Assembly: GCA_963575745.1 (NCBI GenBank)
Contig: CAUYUJ010000214.1
Coordinates: 1 to 64,000 of the forward strand
DNA: 64,000 bases
Origin: Prorocentrum cordatum
Lineage: Eukaryota
Direction: 5' to 3'
Shown: in pieces, positions 13,012 through 24,909 of the stretch
Layout of the letters: every line of letters begins with the position of its first letter
Position numbering within the stretch: position 1 is the stretch's first letter
Position numbers and translations under genes: made by a program
The notes under the pieces: generated by a model
What the model was told of the DNA's origin: nothing
The model's input: only the letters and a program-made list of their open reading frames with translations
Database searches by the model: none

Positions 13012-13860
13012 GCCCTCTGCGGGAACTCCATCCCCCGCGCGCGAGGCGGGAAGAGGCCTCCGTCCGCGGGCCGCGGGCCGCGCCCTGGCGCGTCGGGCGC
13101 CATGCCACTGTGAAGTATCGAAGACGCCTACGGCGAATCACCGCCGCCCCCTGCCTTTTTGGAAGCGCCTATGTGGCCGAACGTTGAGGCCAGACCTGCC
13201 AAGGTATCGGACCACGTGTTCCCCGAATCGGTTTGGAAAGCCTTCGGGGAACACGTGGGCAGGCGGAAGGTCATCTTGGCCGTCTTGGAGGCCTCTTGGG
13301 CAAGCTTTGGGCGATCTTTGGGGCTTTTTGGGCCGTCTCGGGCCAGCTTCGAGCCAACTTCGGCCATCTTGGTGGGTTCCTGGCACGTCTGAAGCCGTCG
13401 GAAGCCGTTTGGGGGGCCTCTATGGGCCGACTTGGGGCCCGCTTGGAATGCTCCAGGGCCGTCTTGGAGGCCATCTTGGGCGTCTGGGAGGCCATCTTGG
13501 GCGTGTTGGAGGCCTCTTGGGCCCTCTAGGGGCCATCTTGGAGGCCACTTGGGCCATCATGGATCTTGGAATCGGGGCAAGCCATCTAATCCAGAGGAAA
13601 AAAAGGGCCGTCTTGGGCCTCAAAAAAAATCCATCATGGATCTTGGAGCCGTCTGGGGAAAATCAATGATTTTGGCCTCTTCGGACTCTCCTGGAGGACC
13701 TCTTGGAGGCCTCTTGGGCCGTCTGGGAGGCCTCTGGGGGGCCTCTTGGGCCGTCTTGGGCCGTCTTGCACTCTCTTGGGCCGTTTTGGAGGCCGTCTTG
13801 GACCATCTCGGGCGGACTTGGAGGCCATCTTGGGCCATCGTCGCGATTTTTTGAGGATGT
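12990..13860 (+). mobile_element. SL-headed repeat element: SL relic, GC-rich leader, 16 bp hairpin, GGCCTCTTGG/GCCGTCTTGG array
   Basis: SL relic sits directly after a (GAG)n run. Perfect inverted repeat 13212-13227/13243-13258. Degenerate 10-11 nt tandem array 13270-13860. Confidence 0.5.
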
Positions 13861-14099
13861 CCCGAGCGAAACGGCCGTTTTTGGGCAGGAAATTGGGGAA
13901 TTGAGGTCCTGGAAGGGTGGCCGGCGGGACGGGCCGAAGCCCACTGGGGAGTTCTTTTAGAAAAAGAACCAAAACCAAAACAGCTCATCCAGCACGCCGT
14001 GCACCCCTGCAAGCAGGGGGCGGCGGATCCAAGGGCCTTCGGCCCATCCTGCCACCGTGCCCGGGTTGTGGATGACAGACCTCTCGGCTGCTCGCCGGG

Positions 14100-14660
14100 A
14101 TGTCGCGGGAGGCCTCTCGGGGGCCTCTCTTGGGAGCCGTTCTGGAGCCTCTCGGGGGCCGTTCAAGTAATCAGGGGCCTCTTGGGCCGCCTTCGGGGCC
14201 TCTTGGGGGCCTCTTGGGGCCTCACGGGGGCCTCTCTGGGTCTCCTTGGGGCCTCCTGGGGGCCTCTTGGAGCGGAAGGCTTGGACTTTCGGTTCGCGTT
14301 CCCCCTCTCGGGCCCTTGTTGGGGCTGTCTTGGGGCCCTCTTGGGCGCTTCTGGGACCGTCTTGGGCCGTGTTGGGGCCCTCCTGAGGCTCTTGGGCCCT
14401 TGGGGCGGTCCTGGGGGCTTCCTGGGCCGTCTTGGAGCGTCGGGAGCTGGAAAAGTCGAGGACCCTAAAATGATTGAGAAACCGATGCGAAATCAATGAT
14501 TGTGGCCTCTCAGAGACCTCTTGGTAAGGCTCTTGGAGCTCTCTTGGGGCGTCTCGGAGGCCTCTTGGGCCGTCTTGGAACCGTCTAGGGCGCCCTCGTG
14601 CGATCATTGGGCGTCTTGGGGCCCTCTTGGACTGTCTTGGGGGCCTCTTGGGGCCCTCGT
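14100..14660 (+). repeat. GGGCCTCTTGG-type degenerate array (family B)
   Basis: Same motif family at 13270-13860, 27990-28080 and 54700-54830, and reversed at 1-100 and 25910-25960. Confidence 0.85.
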
Positions 14661-14779
14661 GGTTCGTCCTGAGGTTCTCGTGGGCCCCAACAAGTTGTGC
14701 AACGAGGTGCCCCAGAGCCCAGGGGAACCGCGCCAAGCCGAAACAGATGTGAGAGCTTGGGGTCCGGACCCCTGAGCGA

Positions 14780-15279
14780 CCCCTCAGGAGTGAGGCTTGA
14801 GGCTTCAGGGGACGAGGCGCAGGACCCGAGGACACGCCAAGTCCTTGCCCAGCGGGGGAGACGGCCTCAGCCCGCCTGGCCGCCGGCCGCGCCATAGGAA
14901 CGGCGGGCGCCATACCATCGTGAAGTATTCTGCGGACCACAACTGCTTCGAGGATCACCCACTGTATCTGGAGACGCCGGCAACCATGCCGGGATCCAGA
15001 GCGGAGTCGGCTGTGAAACGAATGATGCATGTTTTTGCCGGACATGCGCGACAGCCGAATCCCAAGGACATCATGGTCGTTGTCGCCATTGGTCTGCGGC
15101 AGTAGGATCACAAGTGCGACAGCAAGTACAAAACCGGATGCGACAAGTGCGACAACAAATGCGCCAAGGAAGGAACTCGTGCTGTACGAGAGCACGCGCG
15201 GGAGACGAGGGAAGACGTGTTGTGCGAGATCATGCGCAGCAGCATACACAGCGCATCGCCGCGGAGGTCCCACCGCAGT

Positions 15280-15370
<91 letters not shown>

Positions 15371-17545
15371 CGACCGCCAGTACACCGCCGCGCAGCTGCA
15401 GAAACCCACCTGCTGGCCCGACGCCTACGAGTGCGACAACGGCAGCTACGAGCACGTCAACTACGGCGGCGACGGAGTCGGCTCCACGCACGACCTGCCT
15501 GATCTCACGCTTGGCTGGCTGGCTCTGGGCGCATGGCCACCAACAGCGCTTCAGGTGCCACCACAAGAGCTCCGAGGGCAACAGCCGCAGCTGTCGAGGG
15601 CCACCGGGGCGCAGCCAGGGAGAGCCACCGGGCAGAGTTCCGAGGGCCACGGCTCGGAGCTGCGGGGGCCACGGGCAGAGTGCAGAGAGTCCTCCGCCGA
15701 GCTGCGAGGGCCAGCAGCAGCAGGCCTACTTGGACCACCCGCAGGGGTGCGGCGGCCACGAGAGGCGCAGCGTCGAGGGATCCACCAGCAGAGCCGCGAG
15801 GGCCAGCGGACTTCCAGGGTCCACCAGCAGAGCCACGAGAGCCAACTGGCTGAGCTCCGAGGGCCGCTGGCTGAGCTTCGCGGACATCGAGCAGATCTTC
15901 GAGGACCACCAGCTGAGCCCCGAAAGCCACCCGCCGAGCTACGGGCACATAGGAGTCAGCTACACAGACAAACAGGAGGAGCGTCGAGGGCCACCAGCTG
16001 AGACGCCAGGACTACCAGCAGAAGTACGAGGACCTCCGCTCCGCTCCGCTTCGAAGGCAACCAGCTGAGGTACGAGGGCCGTCGGCAGAGCCACGAGGGA
16101 CCCCAGCAGAGCTATCAGGGCCACCAGCAGACTTTCGAGCGCCACCAGCAGAGCTACGAGGGCAACCTCCCGAGCTACGAGGACCACGAGCTGGACTACA
16201 CGGACAGCAGGCAGAGCTTCGAGGGTCACCAGCAGAGCCACGGGGCCCCCAGAAGAATGCGAGGACCAGCGGACCTTCGAGAACCACCAACTGCGCTACG
16301 AAGACACGGGGCTGAGCTGACCGGAACATGGGCGGGGCTTCGAGGGCCACCTGGTAATGTATTGCAGCCGCCAGCGAAATTACGAGGACAGCCCGCTGCA
16401 CTTCGAGGGCAACAGGCAGAGCCTCCAGGGCCACCAGCCGAGCTTCGGGGGCCACCCGCCACCCGCTGCGCTTCAAGGGCCACCTGCTGAGCTACGTGTA
16501 CCATAAGCTGAGCTATGAGGGCCACCGGCTGAGCTGCGAGGGCCACGAACTCAGCTACGAGAGCCACGCGCAGGGCCACGAGGACCAGCGGCTGAGCCAC
16601 CAGGGCCACTAGCCGGGGCACGAGTGACACGATCTGAGCTACTTGGGCCACCGCGCTACAAGGGCAAGCAGCAGAGTTACGACAGCTTCTTCGGCCACCA
16701 ACTGAGCCACCAGGGCCAACCGCGGGGCTACGAGCACCACCGCCTACAGCTACAAGGACCGCGTGCTGACCCACCAGGGCGACCAGCTGAACTATGATAA
16801 CCACAAGCTCGGCTACTTAGGACCACCGGCAATACTGCGAGAGCCACCTTCAGAGCTCCAGGGGCCACCTCCTCAGCTACGACGGCAACCAAGTGAGCTA
16901 CGGCGGCCTCCGGAAGAGCTTCGACCACGCGATCCACATAATGATGTGGAGGCCGCGAAAATCAGAGAGATCGCAGCTACCTGCCAATACAAATGGGACA
17001 TCTACCGCCAGCTGCGGATCCGTACCATTGAGGCCTCCTGCGAGGCGGACCGCGTCTCTTACGACGAGTAGTGGCAGAGCATCGCCATGTTGCGCCGCCA
17101 GATTAGAGGCCTGCTTGCGGCCATCAGGAGCTACCATATGACCTCGCGTGGACCTAACGATGACGGCGCGGCCAGCCAACCTGAAGCCGGGCACGCGGGC
17201 ACTACGGCTCCCGCCTTTTCAGTTGACGCCGCTTCGCTTTTTCCGACGAGCATCACAGTTGGCGCGACTGGCCTGCCTGAAGCCAGCAGACCACGGACCA
17301 GGTCGCGTGCCGGACCACTGCCTACGCCAACGCGAGCTACGGCGGCCAGGCCACTGGCAACATTTGCAGTTCGAAGACCTACTGACTTCGGGGCCTCGCG
17401 GTTCTGGGCTGGCTAGGTAACGCCCCCGTTTTCCCCCTCCCTTCCGTGCATCTCTCGCTCTCCTTGTTCTTCTCCGGGGGGTTGTACTTTACCGGCCTAG
17501 CGGCTTTGCGGTCCAACTACGGGGCGCAGAAGGCTACTTACTGCC
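14780..17545 (+). pseudogene. Intronless decayed coding sequence with long 21-nt (QSYEGHQ-like) heptad repeat and (CCT)n tail
   Basis: Protein-like frames broken by stops (15103 TAG, 17069 TAG) and frameshifts. CAGAGCTACGAGGGCCACCAG-like units over ~15540-16930, a (CAG)n tract at 15276-15370, stop at 17416, short 3' region, then CCT runs. Confidence 0.6.
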
Positions 17546-18090
17546 TTCTCCTCCTCCTCGTCCTCCTCCTCTCCTCCTCCTCCGCCTCCTCCTCCCCCTC
17601 CTCCTCCCCTCCTCGTTCCCTTCCTCCTCCTCCTCCTTATCCTCCTCTTCTTCCTCCTCCTCCTCCTCCTTCTCATTCTTCCTCCTCCTCCTCTTCCTCC
17701 TCCTCCTCCTCCTCCTCCTCCCGAGTGTTCCTCTTCTCCTCCTCCTCCTCCTCCTCCTCCTCCTCCTCCTGAGTGTTCCTCCTCCTCCTCCTCCTCCTCC
17801 TTCTCCTCCTCCTCCTCCTCCTCCTCCTCCGGAAAGTGCCTGCGCGCTGGAGTGCGCGCGGGCCCCGCGGGCCAGTCCGGCGCGCGCTCCTGGGCTGAGG
17901 GCGCCGCGGTGTTTGCTTGCGGGGCAGGGGGGGCGGCGCTCCTGCCGCCGCGGCAGGGCAGGAAGGAAGGGAAGAGGAGGAGGAGGAGGAGGAGGAGGAG
18001 GAGGAGGAGGAGGAGGAGGAGGAGGAGGAGGAGGAGGAGGAGGAGGAGGAGGGGGAGGAGGAGGAGGAGGAGGAGGAGGAGGAGGAGGAG

Positions 18091-19060
18091 GACCAGTGTA
18101 AACCCAAGACGCACCAGCGATGTTGGAATACGCCCTTCCTCCAAACTGCTTCTTCATAGGCCCCGTACGCGGGTTCATTCCCACCGAGGGAATGCTCCGT
18201 TGGGGGACTACCGTGTGAAAATCCAGAAGCGTGCCAAACACCATTTCCAGGATTTTAGCATTACGAGGTAACCTGATTGTTACGTCTTGACGGTCCTGAA
18301 TCGTGCCACAACACCAATCTTGGGACTTCAGCACCGCGAATCAATGTAATCGTTGCGCCCTGACAGTCCTGAATCGTTCCACAACGCCGCTTCTGGTTCG
18401 TTAATCATCAGTGTCACTGACACTTGTGAGCATGGTTCAAAACCAATGTGCTCGGCGCTACGGCGAGGGCCACATATTGAAAAGGAACCGCTTCCAATCC
18501 ACAATACCTTTGCATGCTATACACACCAATTTGCGCGGCGCTTAGGCGAGAAACTCATTTTGAAAACGACCCGCACTCATCTCGTTAAACATTTTTGCAA
18601 TGATTTGCAACACATGTGCTCGGCGCTGAGGCGATAGCCGCATTTTGAAAAGGACCTGCCCTCAATCAGTGAAGCTCTTGTCTGCCCTCAATCAGTGAAG
18701 CTCTTGTCAATGTTTAAAACGAGTGTGCGCGGCGCTGCGGCAATCATCACATTTTGAAAATGGCCCGCCCTCAATTCATGAGTTGTTCGCAATTTTTTGA
18801 ACACGAATGTGCGCGGCGCTATGGCGAGAGCCACATTTTGGAAGCGACCCGCCCTCCATCTGTGAAGCTCTTGCAAGTGTTTAGATCGAATTTGCGCGGC
18901 GCTAAGGCGAGAGCCACATATTGGAAGCGACCCGCCCTCCATCTGGGAAGCTGCTCGCACTTTTCAGCTTGAGGACCATCAATGGTCCATAAATGGTGAG
19001 GAAGTCCCAGGCGAAACGAGCGGCCCGCCCTTTCGACCAGCCTCGCTGTGCGACAGGGAG
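18091..19060 (+). mobile_element. Family A element, full-length copy
   Basis: Starts GACCAGTGTAAACCCAAG after (GAG)n, contains ~83 bp tandem units, ends CAGGCGAAACG..GTGCGACAGGGAGG. Internal 27 bp tandem duplication at ~18656-18709. Confidence 0.8.
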
Positions 19061-19538
19061 GAGCTAGCCGTCCTGGGCGGCCGCCCTCTCCCGGGAACCG
19101 GGGCGCAAGGGCCTCCCGCACCTCGGGCAGTCCGCGCCACGGCCCCCCGCCATGGAGAGGAACACGCCGCAGGCGCCGCGCCACCGGCGGCAGGCGATGC
19201 GCAGAGATCCTGTCCGGGTGGCCCGTGGGGTGGGGGGCGCGCGGCTTGAGTGGCACGCGGCCGCCTGAGGCGCGCGAAGGAAGGCACGGGCGCCAGCCGG
19301 CAAGCCTTGGGCCGCGGGGAGGGCGGCTGCAGGCTGGGCGCCAGGCTGCCCAGCCGCAGCCTGGTGCTGGGCGGCCCGGCTGGCCGCGGCTCGGAAGGAA
19401 GGAAGGGGGGGGGGTCCCAAGTCCAGCTGCCCCAACCGGGCCCTGACAGAACGGGAGGGGGCCGAATTGACAGAGTGCCTGAGGCACTGGGAAGAGTCAG
19501 CCAGCGAGCCGAGTGATGCACACACGGGTGCAGCCCAG

Positions 19539-19608
19539 GCCGCGCCAAGACCCCATCTAGACGATGGGGGGGCGGAAGGCGTCAGCCTGGAGCTGAACAC
19601 ACTTCGAG
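19539..19608 (+). CDS. Candidate exon C (AAPRPHLDDGGAEGVSLELNTLR+G)
   Basis: GCCCAG|G acceptor (phase 0) and strong CGAG|GTAAGG donor (phase 1). Confidence 0.5.
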
Positions 19609-19756
19609 GTAAGGGGTAGGGGCTCCGGGACCGCAGATTATGGGGGGATCGGACGGCCGCTCTTGGGCTCGATCCCTCGAACGAGCTGTCTCACATTCGA
19701 CAGAACATCAGCTCGCGTGGATTTCATTTCAGGGGGTCCAGGTCAGGGTCCTTCAG

Positions 19757-20034
19757 TTTTTTTTTTTTTTTTTTTTTTTTTTGTTTTTCTCTCCAAATAT
19801 TTGCTAACGTGCATAGTAGTGGCCACATAGCTCGCTGAGGTCTACGGGATACGGGCCTCCCACTGTCCACGGCACGTGTCTTCACTCGCCTTGCAGCGGT
19901 TTTGGAGCAGAAGCCATGGCTCTCGACAAACTCTTGGGGCAAGTGGCCCGCCTTCTGAATAGTGTATCGACTTCGAAGGGCTGTGGTTTAGGCTGCCTGA
20001 GCCGCGCCAAAGAAAGAAGGGGTACAACATCGTA
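19757..20034 (-). mobile_element. Possible short poly(A)-tailed retroposed fragment
   Basis: T26 at 19757-19782 (poly-A on minus strand). Imperfect flanking duplication AGGGTCCTTCAG (19745-19756) / AGGGTCTCAG (20035-20044). Confidence 0.35.
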
Positions 20035-20531
20035 AGGGTCTCAGCCTCAGTATCTGCCCTTTCATGCCCCTGCCTCGTTCTGTCGGCCGTTCGGTTTGCG
20101 GTCTCCCCTCGTCACGCCTCGCGTCAGCTTGGCACCCCGAGTCTGGCGCAGCCAACCTGCAGAGGTGATCGTGAGATTCCGCCTGCCTCTTTCTCTTCCC
20201 CCACCTGGGGGAGAATCTCCCGCCGTGTTGTCTCAGCGAAACGCCTCCATGATCAGTTTCGGCCGAGGATGCCTTTCAGCCTGCCCTGCGTGTTACAGAC
20301 GCTGCCCACCACCGCCCCCTCGCAACTCCCCCGCCTGCCTACACCCGCAGCTACTTTATCTAAACTCGGTTCCCACGTCCCCACATCGAACCCTTCGAGA
20401 CGCGTTGTGGAAACGATCTGCCGTCCATCCGCGCAGGTGCTGGTGATTTCAACACTTAAAGCCACACGCTGCGAGGAAGTCTCATGCGAACGCTAGGCCC
20501 GCCCTGCCGATGCGTCTGGTGGTCGGACAAG

Positions 20532-20581
20532 GCGGAGGCAGTGATATGGAAGAGGCACGGCGGAAAAGGGAGGAGCGAGAG
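20532..20581 (+). CDS. Candidate exon D (GGSDMEEARRKREERE)
   Basis: CAAG|G acceptor, phase 1, matching exon C. A GAG|GACGAC GA-type donor gives phase 0 matching exon E; an alternative GC donor lies at 20613. Confidence 0.4.
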
Positions 20582-21059
20582 GACGACAATGACATGATTA
20601 TGCGTTTTCAAGGCGTTCTGGGATCGCGCACGTGGGGGCCGCACTGGCGGGGCCTGCCCAGCGCTCCTGCTCAAGATATCCTGCTTGCCGCAACACGAGG
20701 CCGCCCACATGGGCCCATATTGGAAGGGGAGGGAGGAGGATCGAAGCCCAAGGATCCAGGATCGAGGCTCTTGAGCGCTTTGGGCCCCCGGAGCGCTCCT
20801 GAGGATCGAGACTCGTGGGGCCCTCTGGAGAGCGGGGGAGGATCGAGGCCCGAGGATCGTGGATCGAGGCCCTTGAGCCTTTCGGGCCCGCGATCGCGCT
20901 GCATCGCCGATGCGTCGGCGATCCGGACGGCCGGTGCGTCGGCGATCCTCCGAGGCCACCCCGCCCCCATGCGTGCGGCCCCCCCAGCACGGCGGCCTGA
21001 CCCCCGCCCTCGCGCCGCTTCTCCAGTCGGGTGCCCTGGCGGCGGGCCCCGCGCCTCAG

Positions 21060-21135
21060 GACCAGAAGACCGCGATCTTCGACCTGCAGGGGCAGCTGAG
21101 CCGGGAGCAGACGCTGTCCACCTTCATCACGCCCG
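21060..21135 (+). CDS. Candidate exon E (DQKTAIFDLQGQLSREQTLSTFITP+G)
   Basis: CCTCAG|G acceptor, strongly GC3-biased codons, CCCG|GCGACC GC donor (phase 1) matching exon F. Confidence 0.6.
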
Positions 21136-21282
21136 GCGACCCGGGGGTTTTGGGGGTGGGGCGGGGCCAGGGGGGATGAGGGGGCACCGAGGAGGCAAGG
21201 CGGGAAGACGAGGGATGAGGGTATCGGGGCGAGGGATTAGCGATGAGGGACGTGAGGGACGTGAGGGACGTGAGGGACGAGG

Positions 21283-21283
21283 G

Positions 21284-21359
<76 letters not shown>

Positions 21360-21866
21360 CGAGGATGGTGATGAGGATGATGCCAACGCTGATGATTATG
21401 CTGACTTTGCTGCTGCTGATGATGCCGATGATGCGGCTGGCGATGCTGCTCTTGATCAGCAGCACGATGATGCTGATGATGTTGATGATGATGGTGATGA
21501 TGATGAAGATTGTGAAGATGATGGTGATGATGCTGTTGCTTCTGCTGCTGCTTCTGCTGCTGCTCATGATGATGACGACGATGATTATGCTTATGCTGAT
21601 GGTGGGGATGATGGCGGCGACATCAATGATGACGGTGATGATGTTGAGGATGATGATGATGATTTATGCTGATGATGACGATATTGCTGCTGCTGATGAT
21701 TATGAGGATGCTGATGATGCTGATGATGTTGATGATTATGCTGGTGAGGATGCAGACGATAAAGATGATGTTGGTGATATGGAGCATGATGGTGATGGTG
21801 AAGTTGATGATGATGATGATGATGGTGGTGATGAGGACGAAGATGCTGTTGCTGCTGCTGCTGATT

Positions 21867-21911
<45 letters not shown>

Positions 21912-22204
21912 TCGACGAGGCTGATGGTTATGCTGATGGTGAGGATGATGACGACGACGACAAGGATGCTGACGATGATGATTCTTCTGATTCTGATGAC
22001 GAGGAGGAGGATGACGATGATGATGATGATGATGATGATCATGCTGATGATGATGCTGATGATGATCATGCTGATGATGACGATGCTGATGATGTCGGTG
22101 AGGATGCAGACGATGATGACGCTGATGATGATCCTGATGCTGATGCTGCTGATGATGATGATGATGCCGACGATGATGATGGTGATGATGATGTTGATGA
22201 TGAC

Positions 22205-22248
<44 letters not shown>

Positions 22249-22365
22249 CGTTGCCGACGATGATTATCACGGAGATGATGCTGCTGATGATGGCGATGCT
22301 GAGCATGCTAGCGATGAATGCGAGCATGATCATTATGATGCTGCTGATGGTTACGGTGCTGCTGC

Positions 22366-22405
<40 letters not shown>

Positions 22406-23125
22406 CATGCTGATCATCATGATTGTGATGATGCGGACTGTGATTTTTTTGTTCGTGACGATGACGATGTCGCTGCTACTGCCATTGATTATGTTGATAC
22501 TGATGCTGACGATGTCGATGTTGATGTTGATGCCGGTGATGGTAATGGTGCTGATGATGATGAGGATGATGAGGGTGATGATGATGATGCTCACAATGAT
22601 TGTGTTGGTAACGACGATACTGCTGCTGCTGCTGATGCTGATGCTGATGTTGATGATTACGACGGCGATGATGCTGATGATGATGCTGAGGATGCTCATG
22701 CTCATGCTGCTGATGTTAATACTGCTGATTATGGAGAATGTAATGACGACGATGATAATGATGATGATGATGCTGATGATGATGATGAATCTAAAGATGA
22801 TGGTGCTGATGATAAGGATGATGATGATGATGATGCTGATGCTGATGCTGATGCTGATGCTGATGATGACACTGATGCTGATGATGACAGTGATGATACT
22901 GATGATGCTGATGATGATGATGCTGATGTTGATGATGCTTGTCATGCTGATGATGATGCTGCTGATGATGCAACTCATGATGATGCTGATGCGGATGCTG
23001 ATGATACTGGTAATGGTGACGCCGATGATGATGCTGATGAGGATGATGCTGATGATTATGATGATGATAATTGTAAATGCAATTTCAGTTGCTGATGATG
23101 ATGTGGATGCTGATGCTGATGCGGC

Positions 23126-23178
<53 letters not shown>

Positions 23179-23210
23179 GCGATTCTGGTTATGATGGTCG
23201 TGGCGGCGCT
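21283..23210 (+). repeat. Degenerate (GAT)n field
   Basis: Directly visible. Confidence 0.97.
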
Positions 23211-24061
23211 TTGATTACGTTGAGTTGATTTTTCGAATAACTGTTTTTAGCCTGTCTGGGCCTCCTGAAGAGTTCCCGTCGCCGCAGCGGGTACCGCTTC
23301 GAAATACCCGTCGGAACGCGCGCCAGGAGAGGCCTGGGAGACGCAGGAAGGGAGATGCTACATCAGAGAGCTGGGTACAGATCGGGGGTAGGGAGATCGA
23401 TTGAAGGCCCGAGGGGTTGGGAAGGCAGTCGGCCGAAGACGGGAGAAGGATACACAGAGAAGGAGAGCGATGCACCGAAGCCTGGGGGCTCGGTGGTGAT
23501 GCGACGTGGCCCCTCCCCTCATGGTCCGTCCCCTGCGTCGTCCGCTCCTCCTTCCCCCACGCTCTCCCTCCCCCTCCCTCGTCCTCCTGCCCCCCCCCCC
23601 CCTCCCGTTTCCCCCCCTCACTCCCGCTCGACGGGTGCCGTCCTCCGCGGCGGACTCGTTGGGACATCCTAGCTGCCCGCCTCTGCGTGCCCTTCCTGTC
23701 TGGCATGGGCCTGGCCTCGTGCAGGCACGGCTCTGCTCTCCATGCTGCGTCCTGCGTCCCTCGTCGCCGACGGGGTGAGCGGGCGAGGTGCTGGGTCCGA
23801 CACGGGTTTTTGTTGTTGATTTTTCGGGCTCCGGAGGCCGTTTTCGGGCCCTGGGACGGGCAAGCAATGTATCTTGGGTGAGCAACTGCACCAGGTGGAC
23901 CCCCGGAGGGGTCTGGGGACTGATTCTGGGCGGATTCGCCTTCATCCCCCCCCTCCTCTCCTGACCGATTTTCTCGGGGACCAACCAGCTCAGACCCCCT
24001 GGCCGCCTCCAACTGCGATTGTTGTTCCCTCGTCTTCGTTTCGTTCGTTTTCGTCTTTGTT

Positions 24062-24140
24062 TGGGCCTCCTGGGAGGCCCTCGTCGCCACGGCCGGATTC
24101 GCGTCGAGATTCTGGTCAGAACGCACTCGGGGAGAGGTCC
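24062..24140 (+). repeat. Family I dispersed repeat
   Basis: TGGGCCTCC..GAGGCCCTCGTCGCCAC..GGATTCGC..CTGGTCAGAACGC..GAGAGGTCC also at ~54198-54280 and 54487-54575. Confidence 0.75.
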
Positions 24141-24577
24141 AGACGGTAGAGGGAAACAATTAGTGAACACTCCCCCTCCCCCCAAACTCGACATTGGCAC
24201 GCGTGGGGGAGACTGCGGTCGAGGTGCACGTATCAGACCCACCGCCAACGTTGTGCATTTGGGGGAGGGGGAGGCGTCGACAGATTAAATTTGGCATGAG
24301 TGCCCGCTATTTTTTCCCAGGCCTGGCTCTCCGACGCTGTGGGGCGTGGGGGGGCAGCGCCGCGCCTTGCCGCTCGCCTCGGTACCCCGGGCCACGCCCG
24401 AGCAGCTCGGTGGCTGCTCGACGCGGCGGCCTGGGGCCTTGGCCGCCTTGAGGAGCGAGCGAGTGGAGGACGTCCGCCCGGCTCCCCGATGTCGAGGCTC
24501 TCTCGGAACGGCCGCGGAGGAGTCCAGGACGATGTCCGGGGCCCCAGGATTTGAAGACGGAGAAACGGTGGTTGTGG

Positions 24578-24659
<82 letters not shown>

Positions 24660-24909
24660 GTGTGTGTGTGTGCTTGTTGTTGTTTTCTCAGTAGAAGCCA
24701 ACGGAAGGTCATGTCAGAGCCTCCTGGAGGCGTCAAGAGCGGACTCGGGCAGCCCCCGAGCCTTGCCTTTTGCAGCGTGTGAGTCTGCTTCCCGTTCCCT
24801 CGGCTCTCCGGCCCCGTGGGCTCCGGGAGGGCTCCGGAAGGCTCCGGAGACGGCCCAGGAGCCCGAAGACGAGCGAAGAGCGTTTTTTTGTTTGTTCTGT
24901 TTTTGTTTC

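Noticed and set aside
12990..13100. Functional SL RNA gene
   Set aside because: There are three mismatches to the SL, including at the 3' CAAG end, and no GT donor or T-rich terminator follows; treated as a relic.
13128..14775. Numerous GPLGGLLG/ASWAVL-type ORFs on both strands
   Set aside because: They are translations of the GGCCTCTTGG degenerate array.
18965..18990. Minus-strand GACCATTGATGGTCCTCAAG as a second SL relic
   Set aside because: It needs gaps to align and lies inside a family A element; likely coincidence.
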